NCBI RefSeq assembly: GCF_009834535.1
Contig: NC_045696.1
Coordinates: 43,712,001 to 43,776,000 of the forward strand
Source: Camelus ferus
Taxonomy: Eukaryota
DNA: 64,000 nt
Direction of reading: 5' to 3'
Within the stretch, counting starts at the first letter, position 1; every line of letters starts with the position of its first letter. Positions 25,870-40,188 of the stretch are shown here, piece after piece. Under the pieces are notes generated by a model, which had not been told where the DNA came from, did not search any database, and was given only the letters and a program-made list of their open reading frames with translations. Both the position numbers and the translations under genes were made by a program.

Positions 25870-28800
25870 ATCTCTTAGATTTACAGGAAAAAAGGGTGAA
25901 GACAGTAATACTTAAGTTCCCCTGTTATTAACGTCTTACTTTAGTATGGTACTTTGCTACAATTAATGAACTGATCCTGATTAATCATGAATAAGTAATG
26001 TGCATATTTTATTAAGGTATCTTGAGTTTTTATAGTATTTTCTTTTTATCTGCCTCAGAGTCCCGTCCAGGATATGACACTGCACTTAGTTGTTATGTCC
26101 CCTTAGTTGTTGACCGTAACAATTTCTCAGACTTCTTATTTTTGATAATCCTCACAGTTTTTGAGGAGTGCTGTCCCTTAACTGGGATTTGTCTGATAGT
26201 TCTCTTATTAGATTTGGATTATGTGTTTTGAGGAAGTAGAGCACAAAGGGACAGTGCTGTTTTCATCATATCATATCAGGGGTATATGCTACCAATATGA
26301 CATCACTGTTGATGTTGACATTGATCATGTGTTTAGCAGACTTCTCTACTGTAAAGTTACTCTTTTTTCCCTCCCTCCATCTTTTACCCTTTGGAAGGAA
26401 ATTACTATACACAAACCATATTTAAGGAGTGGGGAGTTATGTTCCACCTCCTTGAGGATAGAGTATCTATATAAATTATTTGAAATTTTTGGGCATAGAT
26501 TAGTATTTTACCCATATATTTATTCAGTCATTTATTTACATCAATATGGACACATCTTTACTTTGTACTTTGACTTATAATCCAATATTACTATATCTAT
26601 TTTACCCTTCAAATTGTTTAAGATTTGGCCATTGGGAACTCTTACAGTTGACTACTGTTTACTGTATCTCTTTGATGTATTCACATCATAGTGCTTTGTT
26701 TTGTTTTAAACCTCTCTACTTTCTGGCACTGAAAGGTACTCAAGGCTAATACTGTGGATTTGTCTCTCAGTCGCAAAATCAGCCATTTCTTCAAGAGCTC
26801 TAGTTTCTTTAACTGAAAATCATATTATAAACCAAGATCCAGGTACCAGGTGTGCTCATTGTTACTGAGGCGTCATTTCTAGTCCCTCTCAAATGACAAA
26901 GCAAGGAATTATATGTGTAAATATGTGTTGATGTACATATCTCTAAAATTTCTGCATGTAATAATCTATATCTATATTAAGCTAAATATGAGTGAAAACA
27001 GATGTCTCTAACTCTCTCCAACTCTAAAACATTATAATGGATCATTCTATCTTCTTCCTGTGAACTTCCACTTCAACAACAAGAAACCTGGTCCCCATCA
27101 TCCACCATCTATTTATTTGATAGTTCAATTCCAGTATACATATATATTGGTATCAGAATTGTTGACCTGTGCACTCTGTGGGAAATAACTTTATCAAAAA
27201 GGGTACAGTACTTATGCACAATTACTTCTACTCTAGTCTTACAGACTCTGCTCATTTCCAAAATTACTTTAGGTCAGCACCATTTTTCCTCATGCCCCTC
27301 AGTAAGGATGTTTCATAAGTTTGTAATACAGTTAGATTATTTTGTTGTCACATTCTGCATTCCATCCAGAGATCTCATGACCTCCTAAATAATTTTTAAA
27401 AATTTATATACATTAAAGTTCAATTTTTGTGCTGTAAATTTAAATGGGTTTTGAGAAAGGCACTGCATTATATTACAGTATCAAAGTTTCAAAGCTCTAA
27501 AAATTCCCCTTTGCTTCACCTATCCAGCTCTTTCTCCAGCCTCCAGGAACCCCTCGCAACGTATTTTTTTACCTTTTCCAGATCGTCAAATAGTTGAAAT
27601 CATACAGTATGGAGCCTTTTCAGTCTAACTTTTTTCACTTAGCAATACATATTTAAGATTCATTCATGTCTTTTCATGGCTTTACAGCTCATTTATCTTT
27701 TTCACTGAATGACAGTCCAGTGTATGGACGTGTAACAGTCCATAACAGTCCATTCACCTATTGAAGGAAATCTTTCTTGTTTCCAGTTTTTGGCAATTAT
27801 GAATAAAATCACTATAAACATCTATGCGCAAGTTTTTGTATAGACATAATTTTCAATTCAATTGGTTAAATATCTAGGAGAGTGATTTCTGTACTTTATA
27901 TTAATACCATGCTTACTCTGCAAAAAACTGCCTTACTGTCTCCCAAAGTAATTATTCCAGTTTTCATTCCCATTAGCATTAAATGAAAGTTCACATTGTC
28001 CCACAATCTCACAGGTAATTAAACTGTCAGAATTTTGAATTTTAGCCATGTTACAGGTGTTGTAGTGGTATCTCACTGTTCTTTTAATTTGTAATTCCCT
28101 AATGACAAATTATGTAGAGCTTATTTTCAGTTCATATTTTTCATTTGTATTTTTCTTGGGTGAAATGTCTGTTTAGATATTTTCACTGTTTTTTAAATTT
28201 TTTATTATATAGTTTAAAATGTTCTTTTTATATTTTGAGTATAAGCCTTGTACCAGACATGTGATTTGCAAATATTTTCTCCCAGTTTGTGGCTTGTGTT
28301 TTGTTTTTATTTTGAACAATTCCTTCAAATGTATTTTTTGTATATATATTTTTAATTGAGGTATAAACAGTTTAGAAAGTTGTGTCAGTTTCTGGTGTAC
28401 AGCATAATGCCTCAGTCATATATGAACATACATGTATTTGTTTTCATATTCTTCTTCACCATATGTTACTACAAGATATTGAATACAGTTCCCTGTGTGA
28501 TACAATATGAACTTGTTGTTTATCTATTTTACATCTACTAATTAGAATCTACAAATCTTGAACTCCCAATTTATCCTTTCCCACCCCTTCCACAACTGGT
28601 AACCATAGGTTTGTTTTCTATGTCTATGAGTCTATTTATGTTTTGTAAATAAGTTTGTTTGTCTTTTTTTTTAGACTCCACATACGAGTGATATCATACA
28701 ATATTTTTCTTTCTCTTTCTTGCTTACTTCACTAAGAATGACAATCTCCAGGTCCATCCATGTTGCTGCAAATGGTATTATTTTATTCTTTTTCATGACA

Positions 28801-31800
28801 GGGTATTATTCCATTGTATAAATGTACCACAACTTATTTATCCAGTCATCTGTCGATGGACATTTAGATTGATTCCATGTCTTGGCTACTGTAAATAGTG
28901 CTGCTATGAATATAGGGGTGCATGAATCTTTTTGACTTAAGTTTCCCTCTGGATATATGCCCAGGAGTAGGATTGCTGGATCATATGGTAAGTCCATTTT
29001 TAGCTTTTGTAAGGAATCTCCATACTGTTTTCCATAATGGCTGCACCAAACTTCACTCTCACCAGCAGTGTAGGAGGGTTCCCTTTTCTCCACAGCCTCT
29101 CCAGTATTTATCATTTGTGGACTTTTTAATCATGGCCATTCTGACTGGTATGAGGAGATACCTCATTGTAGTTTGGATTTGCATTTCTCTGATAATTAGC
29201 AATATTGAGCATTTTTTCATGTGCCTATTGACCATTTGTATGTCTTCATTGGAGAATTGCTTGTTTAGGTTTCTGCCCATTTTTGGATTGGGTTGTTCAT
29301 TTTTTTATTGTTAAGCTGTATGAGCTGATTCTATATTCTGGAAATTAAGTCCTTCTCAGTCACATCTTTTGCAAATATTTTCCCCCATTCTGTAGGTTGT
29401 CATTTTGTTTTACTTATGGTTTCCTTTGCTGTGCAGAAGCTTATAAAATACTTGGGAATAAATCTGACCAATTAAGTGAAAGACTGCACAGAACTACAAT
29501 ACATTAAGTAAGGAAATTAAAGATGACTTAAAGAAATGGGAAGATATCCCATGTTCTTGGATTGGAAGAATCAGTATTGTTAAAATGGCCACACTCCCCA
29601 AAGCAATCTACAGATTCAGTGCAATCCCTATCAAATTACCCAAGACAGTTTCCACAGAACTAAAACAAATAATCCTAAAATTTATATGGAATCACAAAAG
29701 ACCCAGAATTGCCAAAGCAATACTGAAGAAAAGAACGAAGCTGGAGGAATAACCCTCCCAGACTTCAGACAATACTACAGAGCTACAGTAATCAAAACAG
29801 AATGGTATTGGTACAAAAACAGACATATGGATCAATGGAACAGAACAGAGAGCCCAGAAATTGACTTTTGGTCAACTAATGTTTGACAAAAGAGGCAAGA
29901 ACATACAATGGAGTAATGACAGTCTCTTCAGCAAATGGAGGTGGGATAACTGGACAGCTGCATGTAAATTAATGAAATTAGACCACTCCCTCACACTATA
30001 CACAAAAATAAACTCAAAATGGCTTAAAGCCTTAAAACATAAGACAAGACATTATAAACCTCTTAGAAGAAAACATAGGCAAAACATTATCTGATATGAA
30101 TCTTAGCAATTTTCTCCTAAGGTAGCCTACCCAGGCAATAGAAATAAAAGCAAAAATAAACAAATGTGACTTGTTATTGATTCTATTTACAGAGTCCTTC
30201 ACAGGCAAACTTTTTTTTTTTAACTTTAATAAAGCCCAAAATGTCTTTATGTCTTTCATTACCACCGTTTTGGGGTTTTATCTAAAAACTCATCACCAAA
30301 CCCAGTGTCTCCTAGACTTTTCTCCTAAGTTTTCTTCTGTAAGTTTTAAATTTTGTTCTATGATTCATTTTGAATTAATTTTTACAGCAGGTATAAATTC
30401 TGTGTTTCAGCTCTTCACATACAGTTGTTGAATTTTTCCAACATCATAGGTTTAAAATATCATTCTTTTTCCATTGAATTACCTTTGTTCCTTTGTCAAA
30501 ATGAGTTGATTACATCATATAGGCCTATTTCTGGACTTTCTATTAAGTTCTATTCATCTATATGTCTTTTTTTTCCCACTAGTATACAGTCTTGCTTATT
30601 GTAGATTTACAGTGGGTCTTGAAATTGGGTAGCGTTAGTCCTCCAAATTTGTTCTTCTTCAGTACCAGTATTCTAGATCTTTTGTTTTCCCTCATAAATT
30701 TTAGAATCTATTTATCATTATCAAGAATACAACACACTAGGATTTTGATTGAGCTCTCACTGAATATATTAAGTTCGGTAAGAATTGGCATCTCAACAAT
30801 CTTTGATTGATTCTTCCAATCCATGAACAGTTCTTCTGTATACCCTGTACATATTTTACTAAATCAATAGCTAAGTATTTAATTTTTAGTGCTATTTTAA
30901 TTTTCTTTTTTAAAAAATTTCAGATTGCAATTGTTCATTGATTCTAAATAGGAAAGCAACTGACTTTTCTATATTAACCATGTTTGCTGTGAACTTTTAT
31001 ACTTACTTTTTAGTTTCAAGTGATTTTCTGATTCTTTGGGATTTTATTCATAGAGAATCATGTCATCTGCCAACAGTAACAGTTTCATTTCTTCCTTCCC
31101 AATGTGTCTACTTTCTTATTTCCTTTGCTTGTCTTACTGCATTAGCTAGGGTTTCCATTACTATGTTGACTGGGAGTAGTAACAGAGGACACACTTCGTT
31201 CCCAATTTTAGTGGAAAATTCTCCAGCTTCTCACCATTAAGTATGCTATTAACTGTACAGTTTTTGTAGATGTTCTTTGTAAGCTGAGGGAGTTCTATTC
31301 TATTCCTTATTATCTGAGAGCTCTTATCATAAATGAGTAGTTACATTTTTGTCAAATGGTTTTATTTGTATCTATTGATGTAATCCTATGATAATTTTCT
31401 TCTTTGGCCTATTATGGGGGTTACACTGATTAACTTTCTTCTTTCCACACTTTTTACCATAGAGAGTAGGTCTTTGCAATGAAGAATTTCCTGTGTGTAT
31501 TTCTTCCCCTCCTTCTGACATAAGGGATAAATAGATCTTTCTTAGCTCTTCGTCTAAGACCCTAATGTGATTCCTTAAAACTCATGAACAGTGTAGGACC
31601 AATGCCTCCCGCTGCAAAGACAGTCATCTTCAGGAGTTTCTCATTCTCATTCCAGCAACTCATTAAAATAACCACTGAAGTACTTCTATCATTTCATAGC
31701 TTCAGCAGCTTCTGCTACAGGAGGTAAATCTTAGTTGTGACAACCATGAGTTGCTTGTCTCTCAAAATTTCAAAGTAGCTGTTTGCCCTATGATCTCTGG

Positions 31801-31917
31801 ATTTTGTTAGGTCCAGAAAGAGTCATTAGTATTGTTGATTCAAATTTTCCTTGATGTAAGAATGGGAATGAAGTCTTCTAAGCTCTTTACATGTTGGAGC
31901 TAAAACTGGAAGTCCAG
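25870..31917 (-). mobile_element. Old L1MD-like element: 3' UTR, partial ORF2 and 5' end, host of a young L1
   Basis: 3' UTR motifs 'ggagtggggagttatgttccacctccttgagg'. ORF2 continues across the insertion (28297 to 30175). 5' terminus on the minus strand GGACTTCCAGTTTTAGCTCCAACATGTAAAGAGC near 31917. Confidence 0.75.
28298..30166 (-). mobile_element. Young lineage-specific L1, 5'-truncated with 5' inversion
   Basis: The minus segment 28349-29442 encodes the ORF2 C-terminus ('[14 protein letters not shown]', '[17 protein letters not shown]'). The plus segment 29443-30166 encodes upstream ORF2 ('[28 protein letters not shown]'). TSD-like TGTG(G/A)CTTGT at 28288 and 30165. Confidence 0.9.
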
Positions 31918-32439
31918 GACTATATTTTTATGAATTTTTGTCTTGATTTTGGAATTGGACATTGTTTTTAATTTTTTTTTCTTATCTGCATATTTAGAGT
32001 GGAAGCTGACATTTAAAAAATTCCATAAAATAGATTATAATTGTTTTATCTCTCTTTCTGTAAAACTAGCTGGAGTTTCACACAAATTAACTTACCAGAA
32101 TGCCTTATTCATAATTTTTATACTAAAATAATTGGAAGCAAGTAAAAAAATAAGCACAACATGGAGAGAAAAAGAGTAGTAACTATGACTGGATCTCTTT
32201 TGTTTTAATTTTTTCAATAGTTGTTTTTAAATAATGTATTCTATAACTTTTAAAACATCTATTTAAAAAACTGCAACAAAGAAAATCTAGTCTTTGTATC
32301 CCAGAGACTTTACATGGTTTCTGTAGACTTTGTTCCAGGGCAAAAATTAAGGGAATTTAATGAATAGGAACACACATTTATAGTTTCATTTAACTCAAGT
32401 GTGAATATAGGTATAAATCAACAGTAATAAATGAAGCAG

Positions 32440-32775
32440 CTGTGACTTTGGAATTTGTAGCAATAAACATCACAGATATTTTCATATTACCCATAAGCAC
32501 TGCAAACTTTTAAAATACTCTGTTTATCAGTACACTGAAATTACAATAGATCTTAGCCTCACCATCTAGACCTTTTTATTTAATTAATATTAATAAATAA
32601 CCACAAATATGTTTGCATCACAAATGTGATATTTTAAAATAGTTTGGTGTTTTACTAAATTATTATCTTTTGTAACTCAATATATTTTATACATTTAAAA
32701 ATACTACATTTGAGAAGAAGAATACAGGCTTAACTAGACTACGGAAAGGTACTTGACACACATTAAGGAAACTCA
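32440..32775 (+). mobile_element. hAT-Charlie (MER20B-like) DNA transposon remnant
   Basis: 3' terminal motif 'tttatacatttaaaaatactacatttgagaag..caggcttaactagact..gacacacattaaggaaactc' resembles the recalled consensus. Confidence 0.5.
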
Positions 32776-32799
32776 ACACACTGACAGGCAGGCAAGAAA

Positions 32800-32836
32800 A
32801 CACACACTCATACACACACACACACACACACACACA
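32800..32836. repeat. (CA)n microsatellite
   Basis: Direct inspection. Confidence 0.9.
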
Positions 32837-33682
32837 ACTGAATGACTAGGCATTTTATACAGAGATACTTGATTATCCCTATGGATTCTTGTCATGATGG
32901 GAATTTTAAAATTGTTATTACTGGAGTATTACTACAAAAAAATCACAGATATTTGCCATTTATTTACTAGCACTAGAAAATAAAACAAAACGAAGAAACA
33001 AAACAACCTCAGTTCCATCTTTAGACACAGGGTGTCATTTTTCTGCATTTACCATTTTTGCCAATACAGATGACCAAGGAATCTGCCTTAAATTCTGCCG
33101 CATAGATGCACCACACAGCCATTTCTTCTATGGAGCTCATGACAATTCCAAAAATGCCTTCTAGGACGGGGATCCATGTCCTTTCTGCTTTTGGATCTCT
33201 CAGCTTTGCTGAATATTTGGAATTGTAAACAACCCCTCTACTTCAAAGATATGCAAAAATATACTCAAAGATAAGAGTATGAGCAGAGCACATAAAATTC
33301 TCTCCAAAACCCACATCATCTATGTTTTCCTCGCCTCCTATGATACTCACATTCTCCCCTGAAGAAGAAATTCTGATTATTTGTTTGGAGATATTTGCTG
33401 GAGTTTCCTTGATTCCAATAAGTTAAAGACTTTTTAAAAATCAAAATTTAGGAGAATCCCCCTGCCTCCTCCCTCCACCCAGCAATTTCTGTATTTATCT
33501 TTTCTCTGAGACAGAGAATAATGAGTGTTTAGCTGATTAAATATTGAAAAGGGTATTTTTAAAATAATATTTTAAGTTGTTCTGTTGATTAATATTTCAA
33601 AACATCATGTTTTAGTCATTTCTTTTGCTTTTCTCATTTTTCCTGATTATAAAAAAATGTGCTTTTCAATAACCTTGTAAAT

Positions 33683-34223
33683 TGTATCAATCATTTCTTT
33701 TATTTTCTGCATTTTATGATGTTTTGATATCTGGGCACTTCCTGATCCAGGAGAGACTGCCCCAGGCATGGCCAATTCCTAGAGACAGTAAAGGACTCTC
33801 ATGCAAGTGCACCTTCCATAATGCAAACCAATGAATCCAAAGCCCATCCCCAACCATCTCCTAGATTGAGCATTTACACTTTGGACACTACTCATTTACC
33901 CTCATCATCCCAGACTAGATACAAGAAAAGGAGGGCAGCCCATAAGTGCCAGAGCCTGCTGAAATTATTCAAACCAGCCAATCTTAAGCCTAAAATTGTA
34001 CCCTGTCTTGCATTTCCACAGAAATCACAATAAAGTCCCTTGCCCTTTTTTCCCCTCACTTCCTCTATTTTTTGGCCAACCCTGTGCTTTCTCTTGTGAC
34101 TGTTCCATGGTGTGGTGAGTCCCCCTCTTAAGGACTGTGACAATCTATTATTTCAAATGGCAGTTGTCTCCTGATTGTTGGTCTCACCATGCCTGAATAA
34201 TAATAAAACCTAATTTTAAAACA
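33683..34223 (+). mobile_element. MER74-like ERVL solo LTR
   Basis: TG...CA termini. 'ggagagactgcccc..gccaattcctagaga', 'atgcaaaccaat', 'cacaataaag', and end 'taataaaacctaattttaaaaca'. Confidence 0.8.
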
Positions 34224-34489
34224 TAAGGATAGTTCTGTATCTATCAAATAATGTATCTGATCATTTTATTAGGCCAAGTTATTAAAAATTTAAATACTTT
34301 GTAAAAGTATATACATTTTAAGATGTTTGATATCAATTGCCTAAAAACCCTGAAAAACGGAAACAATTTACACTCTCTCCTATACTGATTGAGAGTATTT
34401 ATTTGCTCACATTCCTGACAGTATCTTGTAAAATAATTCATTATAAAATTTGCCAATATGGCAATATAATGCATGCCAATATGCAAATA

Positions 34490-34995
34490 TTTTGCTTCCC
34501 TCAGGTCAGCTGGGCTCTGGTAAAACCCCAGCAAGTTAGGTTCTGGTTCATTAGTTTCTCCTGAAGGCAGACTTTGTTAAGAATAGGATGCTCTGTCATT
34601 TTTTCCTCCTCCTGCTAGAAGCATGAGGAGTGTTTCTCCAGTGTTCACTGTGAACCTAGTAGAGCTTCAGGATATAAATGCACAGAAGTTTGAGGATATC
34701 AGATAACTGGGTCCTCTTGTAGTACTTACTCATCACTGAGCTTTGAGCAATTAGTCAATTATATTTCAGGTTTTCCTACCCTGGCACTGGTTCAAATGGA
34801 GAGTTTTGCTCTGCTCAGGTAAACTATTATGTCTTGTATATTCCTGTCTATCTCTCCAACCTGGGGACAGCAGTTTGCCCTGTAACTTCATTTCTCTAAT
34901 GGATCTAAAAAGACATGTTGTATTTTTCAGTCTATTCAGCTTTTTACTTGTTGTTGGGATGGCAGTGACTTCCAAGTTTCTTATATGCTGGCCCT
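34490..34995 (-). mobile_element. Old L1M 5' end fragment
   Basis: 'ggggacagcagtttgccctgtaacttc..gttgttgggatggcagtgacttccaag' resembles the L1M 5' ends at ~6260 and ~31917 in this window. Confidence 0.65.
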
Positions 34996-37789
34996 TGTAT
35001 ACTATCCAGCATGACTTTTTAAGCATGGTCAATACCTCTGGGTCTCAGCCATCCTCCATCCAGCCCATGGTTGATGATGTTCATCCCATAACTTACTACA
35101 GAACATCTCATCCTTAACCAGAGTGGCTCTTTGCTGTCCCACTCTCTCTTTTTAGTAACTTTTCTAATTCACCCCATAGTGGTACACAGAAACTGGGAGT
35201 CAGCCTAAAGAAGAGAGTTGCTGAGGAATGGAGGAGATGGGTGGCTTAGAAACACTTGACTAGGTATTTCCCTCCATCCATTTTTAAACTACCACCTGAG
35301 AGGCAAAAATCTTGCTCTAGTCCCGTGATAAATGTAGGGATCTTTCTAAGGAGATTTCAGCTTTCCTAGGGCCTCATTAGCTGAATCTATACTTCACAGA
35401 AAAATGTGCAAAATACCTCCACTCCAATTCATTTCTGGGATTATAATGGTGAAAAGTCTGTATGAAATACATATTCTGTGGAGGAAGAAATGTAAAACTT
35501 ACTAGTTTCATGTATTTCAAAAAATACTCACTACATTGTTTTTCTATTTGACTTGGCCTCTGTTCTAAATAACCATTGTATCCATGTATTGTCAAATTTA
35601 TTGGTTATTTTGCTAGCCAATTTGAAGGAAATTAATTTTTTTTTTTGATTTAACTGAGATTTTATTCTTGGTTTAGGAGTTTTCCTACCAAGAGCTTTTT
35701 ATGCTATGACAGAAAGAAATTTATTCAGGGGCAATACCTGTTGCTTACAGGTGATATTGCCATGCCTCCACATATTTTTTCCTCTATTTTTATAAAGAAT
35801 GTTGGCTTTTGAGGATAAAATCTCTCCTAGGGTAAGAGTACCTGTTCTTTCTATGTTATGAATAACACTCTAAACCTCATTTTACTAGGCTAGGATATTT
35901 CTGTTTTGATTTAGAAATAAACTTATGCTGGAGTTATTTTCAAACCTCTACTCCTCTACTGGGAAGCCAGTAAGAGTAAAAATCAGCTGCCTGTGGACTT
36001 TTCCATTTGTTGTAACTTCATACCTGCTGCAGTCTCAGAATGATGTCTTTCACTCAGCAAAAGTGGCTCTTACTGAAGGATGCAGAAATGCCCATAAAAT
36101 ACTGAATTGCTCATGGCATTCCCACTAAAATATTTACCTCTAAATTTTAGAGATACTAAGATTTTCTTCATCTATTTCACAAAACAAATTTTTTTTGTTG
36201 AAATGGGAGGTATGTGTTGGCAGCGGAAAAAGCTTCAACGTGATACCATCTTCACTATGTCTGGGAGAAATTCTTCTATTTAGCACTTGGTTTATACCAT
36301 GCTCTGATTTCAGTGTTAAAAAAGGTTCCCCACTAGTTTGTTCCCCCTTTTGCAAATTCAATTAGTCATGGACTAGGGATTTTTAAATGCTATTATTTTT
36401 TATGTCATCTTTTCTGGAAGTACTTGAGCTTGGTTTGGAGGACTAAGTAGGGATTAAACAGATGAGGAGAAGCTAAATGATCTTGCAGGCAAAGAATACA
36501 GTAATAATAAACACATCCAAAGTATCCACAGTAAACCTTCTCTTTAGATAACTGTTCTTTGGCATGTTCCCAGAAATAAAATGAAGATTTCACTAACAAC
36601 TGTATGTAGAACTTAAGAACTGATAATAATTAGTTATTCTCTATATAATCAGAATCTGCAATATTAGATGATAGTATACATTTTTTCTCTAGATTTATTG
36701 TTTATAAAGTCATACAATGAAAATTTTGCTAGCTTTAAAATTTACATTGGTAGGTGGGAAACAATCTCTTCAAACTCAGTTGTAATTACATTAAAATTCT
36801 AAGTGTATTATTTCCTTGTCTAATAATAATAAACTATAGAGTCAATTATGAACACGCTAGCCAAGTAAACAAAAAAATTCTATAAATTTGTAAGTTACTA
36901 AGTTAGGGCTAACACAATGGAAAGGGTGTGATTTAATAATGCCTAATATTTGAAAGCATCTTTTGACATTCTTGGCAGTTTGCCATAAAAAGAAGTGTAA
37001 CAGTTGTCTGACTCCCCCCCATGCAACCCCATAGAAGAATACAAAGTTCAATTTACAGACCACAGGAAATGATGCATCTCCTTCAAAGTAACTGAATTTT
37101 TAAATATTGTTATTAAATTATAGGGGAGGGTTATGTTTTTTTTTTTAAAGCTATGGCCACTGGTTTGGGACAACTCTCTTAAAAATTTTTCAAAAATGTT
37201 ATTATTCATAGTCTTGTACATAAGAATTAATCAAAGGTTATTTCAATTCCTCAACCTTCTCCATTCATCAGCCTCCTCTCTTCACTGGTTTCTGTCATTA
37301 GGCTCACAGTGAGGTGAAATAATAAAAGGACATCATTCTTCCATGAGCACTGCATAGAACACCACTTCATACGGCTTTAGAACTCACACTGTTTTCTTCA
37401 CAAGCTAATGTATTTTACATACATTTCTAACAGGTGTTGAAAAACTCCACTCCCTGCTTACAGAAAGGCCATATTTCTCAGCTAGAACTGGGATGTAAAT
37501 GGAGGGTTATATTTCACTGGAACAAATACGTGTTTAAGCTAGTAATTACCATTAGGTAGTGCTGTCCTTAAATGCCTCATAGCACCTTAGCTTCCCTGCA
37601 CCATTCATGCTAATTCTCAAACAAGAATTTTCAAATGAAAACAAACCTTATAAATCTTTCAAAGTGATCATGAAGATACTCTTTGTGAAACTGAAAAACC
37701 ATTAAATCATCAATGATAATGAGTACATGGACAGATCTTAAACCCATGGATCTGTATCATTTGGCAGCAGGAACTCAATATGCTACATA

Positions 37790-37895
37790 AGTAACAAGCA
37801 CTGTGCAGTTATCCCCATTATCAAGAGGGAGAGACAAAGCGCTAGGAAAGTTAAGCAGCTGCCAGAGGCCATACAAAAAGAACTTGTATATTTGC
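37790..37895 (-). mobile_element. MIR-family remnant
   Basis: 'ttatccccattatcaagaggg..aaagttaagcagctgccagaggccatac' aligns with the antisense MIR core. Confidence 0.55.
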
Positions 37896-39498
37896 CAAAG
37901 AATTGTCTGTTTGCTGCAAAAAAGATACTGATAAAAGGAAGTACTAATTATTGTGTGCCTTCTAGGTACAGACTGTGTCACCAAATTCTTTATCTTTGGC
38001 ATCTTGATTTTATTCTTAAAGCCAGTCATATTTTATTGTACTGTAATGCCATAAGTACATCTTATTACCTTTAAACCTCAATTTTAGTGTATATCTTATG
38101 ATTAAAAATGGTTATATTCCACTAACACTTATAATACAAGAAAATTCTTTCCAGTTCCTCCATTCTCCTGTATCATACTTTCTTGATAATTTATATAGAT
38201 GAAATTCTCATAATGACTTGGTTCGTTCAATAATGTTTAGAACATTTTCATATAACAAGGATGGCTCACAGTTATCTAGTTCCTTAAATTTATGGGGCTC
38301 AGATCCCTTATAAACTGAAGATATTTAATTGTGTATTGCTAAGACCCAGTCCAGTCTAATGTTCAATACTGTTTAATTGTATTGTTCCATTCATTACCTC
38401 CTTCTGTATGAGAAAGCAGCAATCACGCACCTTCCCAGTCAAAAGAGGAAAATCAATATTACTGTTTTATACAGTTTGATTCTTCCTTGAACCTTTCAGA
38501 AAAGGGCTAAATTTCTACTCAACTGACAAGACTAATTTTATTTGACAATATAATATGTTGAATCAAAAATTTCCAGTGACACAGGCTTACCTCTGAAATA
38601 CAGTCAGTCCCAACCAACTCACTTGAACCAAGAATGGGAAAAGAAATGATGGTTTCTTAAGTGATGCTAGGCAAGACAAAAGCATATAATACTCATTCTA
38701 CTTTGATCAATGAAACAGAGAAATGGCGGTTGTATTTTATTGACTGTCAACAGTTACAATCTAGTATCATTACTATACTACAGGGACTATTTCCTATGGA
38801 AAGAGTTGTTCTAAACTCCCACGTGTACACAGTAGATAGTACTTGCCCTAAAATAATCCAAATCCATGATTACAGCAAAGTGCTTCCTAATGGAATTTTA
38901 TTTTGATAATAATTTTAAATTTCACACATAAAGCATGAAAGAAATAACAGAACAGTCCTTTAAAGGCATCAAGTTCTAGTGAATAAATCAAAAAGCTTGA
39001 GATATCTTAGAAAATATTATTTCTTTGTCCAGTTTCACCATGCCTTTTTTTGCAACACAACTTGCATTTCTCTCTGTGAAACATAGACATTTTCAAAGAA
39101 CATTTCAGAAGAGTCCTATCATGCATTCCTCCCAAGTACCTTGAGCATTCTGTAAATATTATTTCATCTTGGGCCTCTCTTTTTCCCCTTTAAATACTGA
39201 AGCTTAGTTGTATCAATAAGTAAGCAAAAACCCTTCACAAAATTTTTGCCAGAATATCTGGCTTCAGGGAATGGTTTTATAGTTTACTGATAGTCTAACA
39301 ATTTAGCCTGTGTTATAGCTCCAAAATGGTTTAACCTGTAGTCATTTATGATAAAGAGTGTATGCTGCCTGCTCTTGAATTTATCAGTGACAAATTACAA
39401 GATGTGCCTCCTAAAAGGATATGCCTATTGTTCAGTACTCATTCAATAAATAGAGAAGGAAATAAATTATACTTATATTCCCATTTCACCTTGGAGGT

Positions 39499-40025
39499 TG
39501 TTATATAAATGGGCCAAAGGTGGCCCCTCTGCATTAGCCTAAATGGCTGCGTGTTGTTTACTTCTTCACAGAATCCAAGACTGTTAGCCCAAAGTTTGCT
39601 GGTGCCAAACTCAAATTCTTACATGTTAAGTTGTTTCAAATATAGTCTATATAAACATATTTTTAGCCACTTAGAGTCTATCTACTTTGTATATGCTTCA
39701 AAACTATGCTTACCATCTGATAACCATAGAAAATACAACCCTGTGGTTTAGACCCCATACCACAGATGTTCTTTACAACTCTGACTTGGAAACTCCCAGC
39801 CTTACTACTGAGTGACATCACCCAGACACATTTGCCCCCTCTCTGATTTTCCCTTCTCTGGGGAAGTCCAGTCTCTTGCTTTATTCCCCTTCGGAGTGGT
39901 TCCTCCTACCAAACTTCCCTCATGCAGACTTGCCCAGGCACTGATCCCAGATATTGCCACGTATCACTGCCTCTCACGGTCCTATCTCTTCCTTGCTCAG
40001 TTCCAAAATCTTCAAGCTCACTACA
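39499..40025 (+). mobile_element. ERVL solo LTR (MER73/MER54-like)
   Basis: TG...CA termini with 5-bp TSD GAGGT/CAGGT. Motifs 'gccaaactcaaattcttaca' and 'atttttagccacttagag'. Confidence 0.7.
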
Positions 40026-40188
40026 CAGGTAATATACTCATTTCAAATTATACAGTTTTTAGATCTTGACTGAACTTTCAGAAACTAAGATGAGGAAGGA
40101 AATATAATTAATTTAATTAAAGTACTACCTATGAGCTTCTAAGTGGAAAAAATGTAATGACAGCCATTTAAGAAATATTTCAAGGCAA

